Source: Epithemia pelagica
Lineage: Eukaryota; Protista; Bacillariophyta
DNA length: 64,000 nt
Direction: 5' to 3'
NCBI GenBank assembly: GCA_946965045.2
Contig: OX337235.1
Location: forward strand, 1,178,001-1,242,000
In this document: positions 63,648-64,000 of the stretch, piece by piece
Layout of the letters: the number at the start of each line of letters is the position of its first letter
Numbering within the stretch: position 1 is the stretch's first letter
The notes under the pieces: model-generated
Told to the model about the DNA's origin: nothing
The model's input: the letters and a program-made list of their open reading frames with translations, nothing else
Databases searched by the model: none
Made by a program: the position numbers and the translations under genes

Positions 63648-64000
63648 GGTAGGATCCCTTGTCTACTGATAATGTCGTCAAGGAGAAAGACCTCCCTCGT
63701 CATCGTTACCAAGAAAATGATGAGTGGATCATCCCAACGCATCGACGTCATGAAAACGCGATTCATAAACGACTAATCCACGATTCGAAGTGTTGTTCAA
63801 CTAGCCAGTCAGGATACATGGGCCATGGCCAGAAGTATAGTTGGAGAAGCAGTAATGGTCACGGTCTAAGATAAAGAGGAATTGTAGTCACTTGATGAGG
63901 CTGGTCCTGTAACCACTCAAAGCTCAGGGACGTCCGGTCAATCTTGAATCAGTCCATCCATACCTTGGAATTGTATGTAACTCTCACGGTTTCTTCAGAA

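Overview
Eukaryotic nuclear DNA, very likely from a pennate diatom. This is inferred from fucoxanthin-type LHC genes, CoDi-type copia elements, an Ambal-like LINE, SLC4 and short GT-AG introns. The left 28 kb is a transposon nest between two tandem Lhcx-like light-harvesting genes, which were about 1.1 kb apart before the insertions. The nest contains: (i) a full-length LINE (2289-18395, minus, 17-bp TSD, oligo-T tail); (ii) a Ty1/copia element (4606-12989, minus, 783-bp LTRs, TSD AGGTT) inserted in the LINE ORF2 and carrying an extra 5' ORF; (iii) a second copia (18495-27831, plus, identical 523-bp LTRs with TC...CA ends, TSD GCAAG); (iv) an unclassified, apparently non-coding 1.6-kb insertion (25966-27579) in the 3' LTR of the second copia. 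The insertion ends in a 205-nt rod hairpin whose loops all become tandem G.A pairs on the minus strand. Both copia elements share a primer-binding site that matches the anticodon arm of a tRNA-Asn(GUU) rather than a tRNA 3' end. The right 36 kb holds ordinary single-copy genes: Uma2-like protein, TauD-HTTM fusion, MFS transporter, secreted Pro/Ser-rich protein, phosphoserine phosphatase, sulfotransferase, histidine phosphatase, GT32, RPS28, ArfGAP, AIM24, F-box beta-helix protein, SLC4 and an LPA1-like protein. No rRNA, tRNA gene or CRISPR array was seen. All family assignments come from motif recognition by eye; no database search was run.
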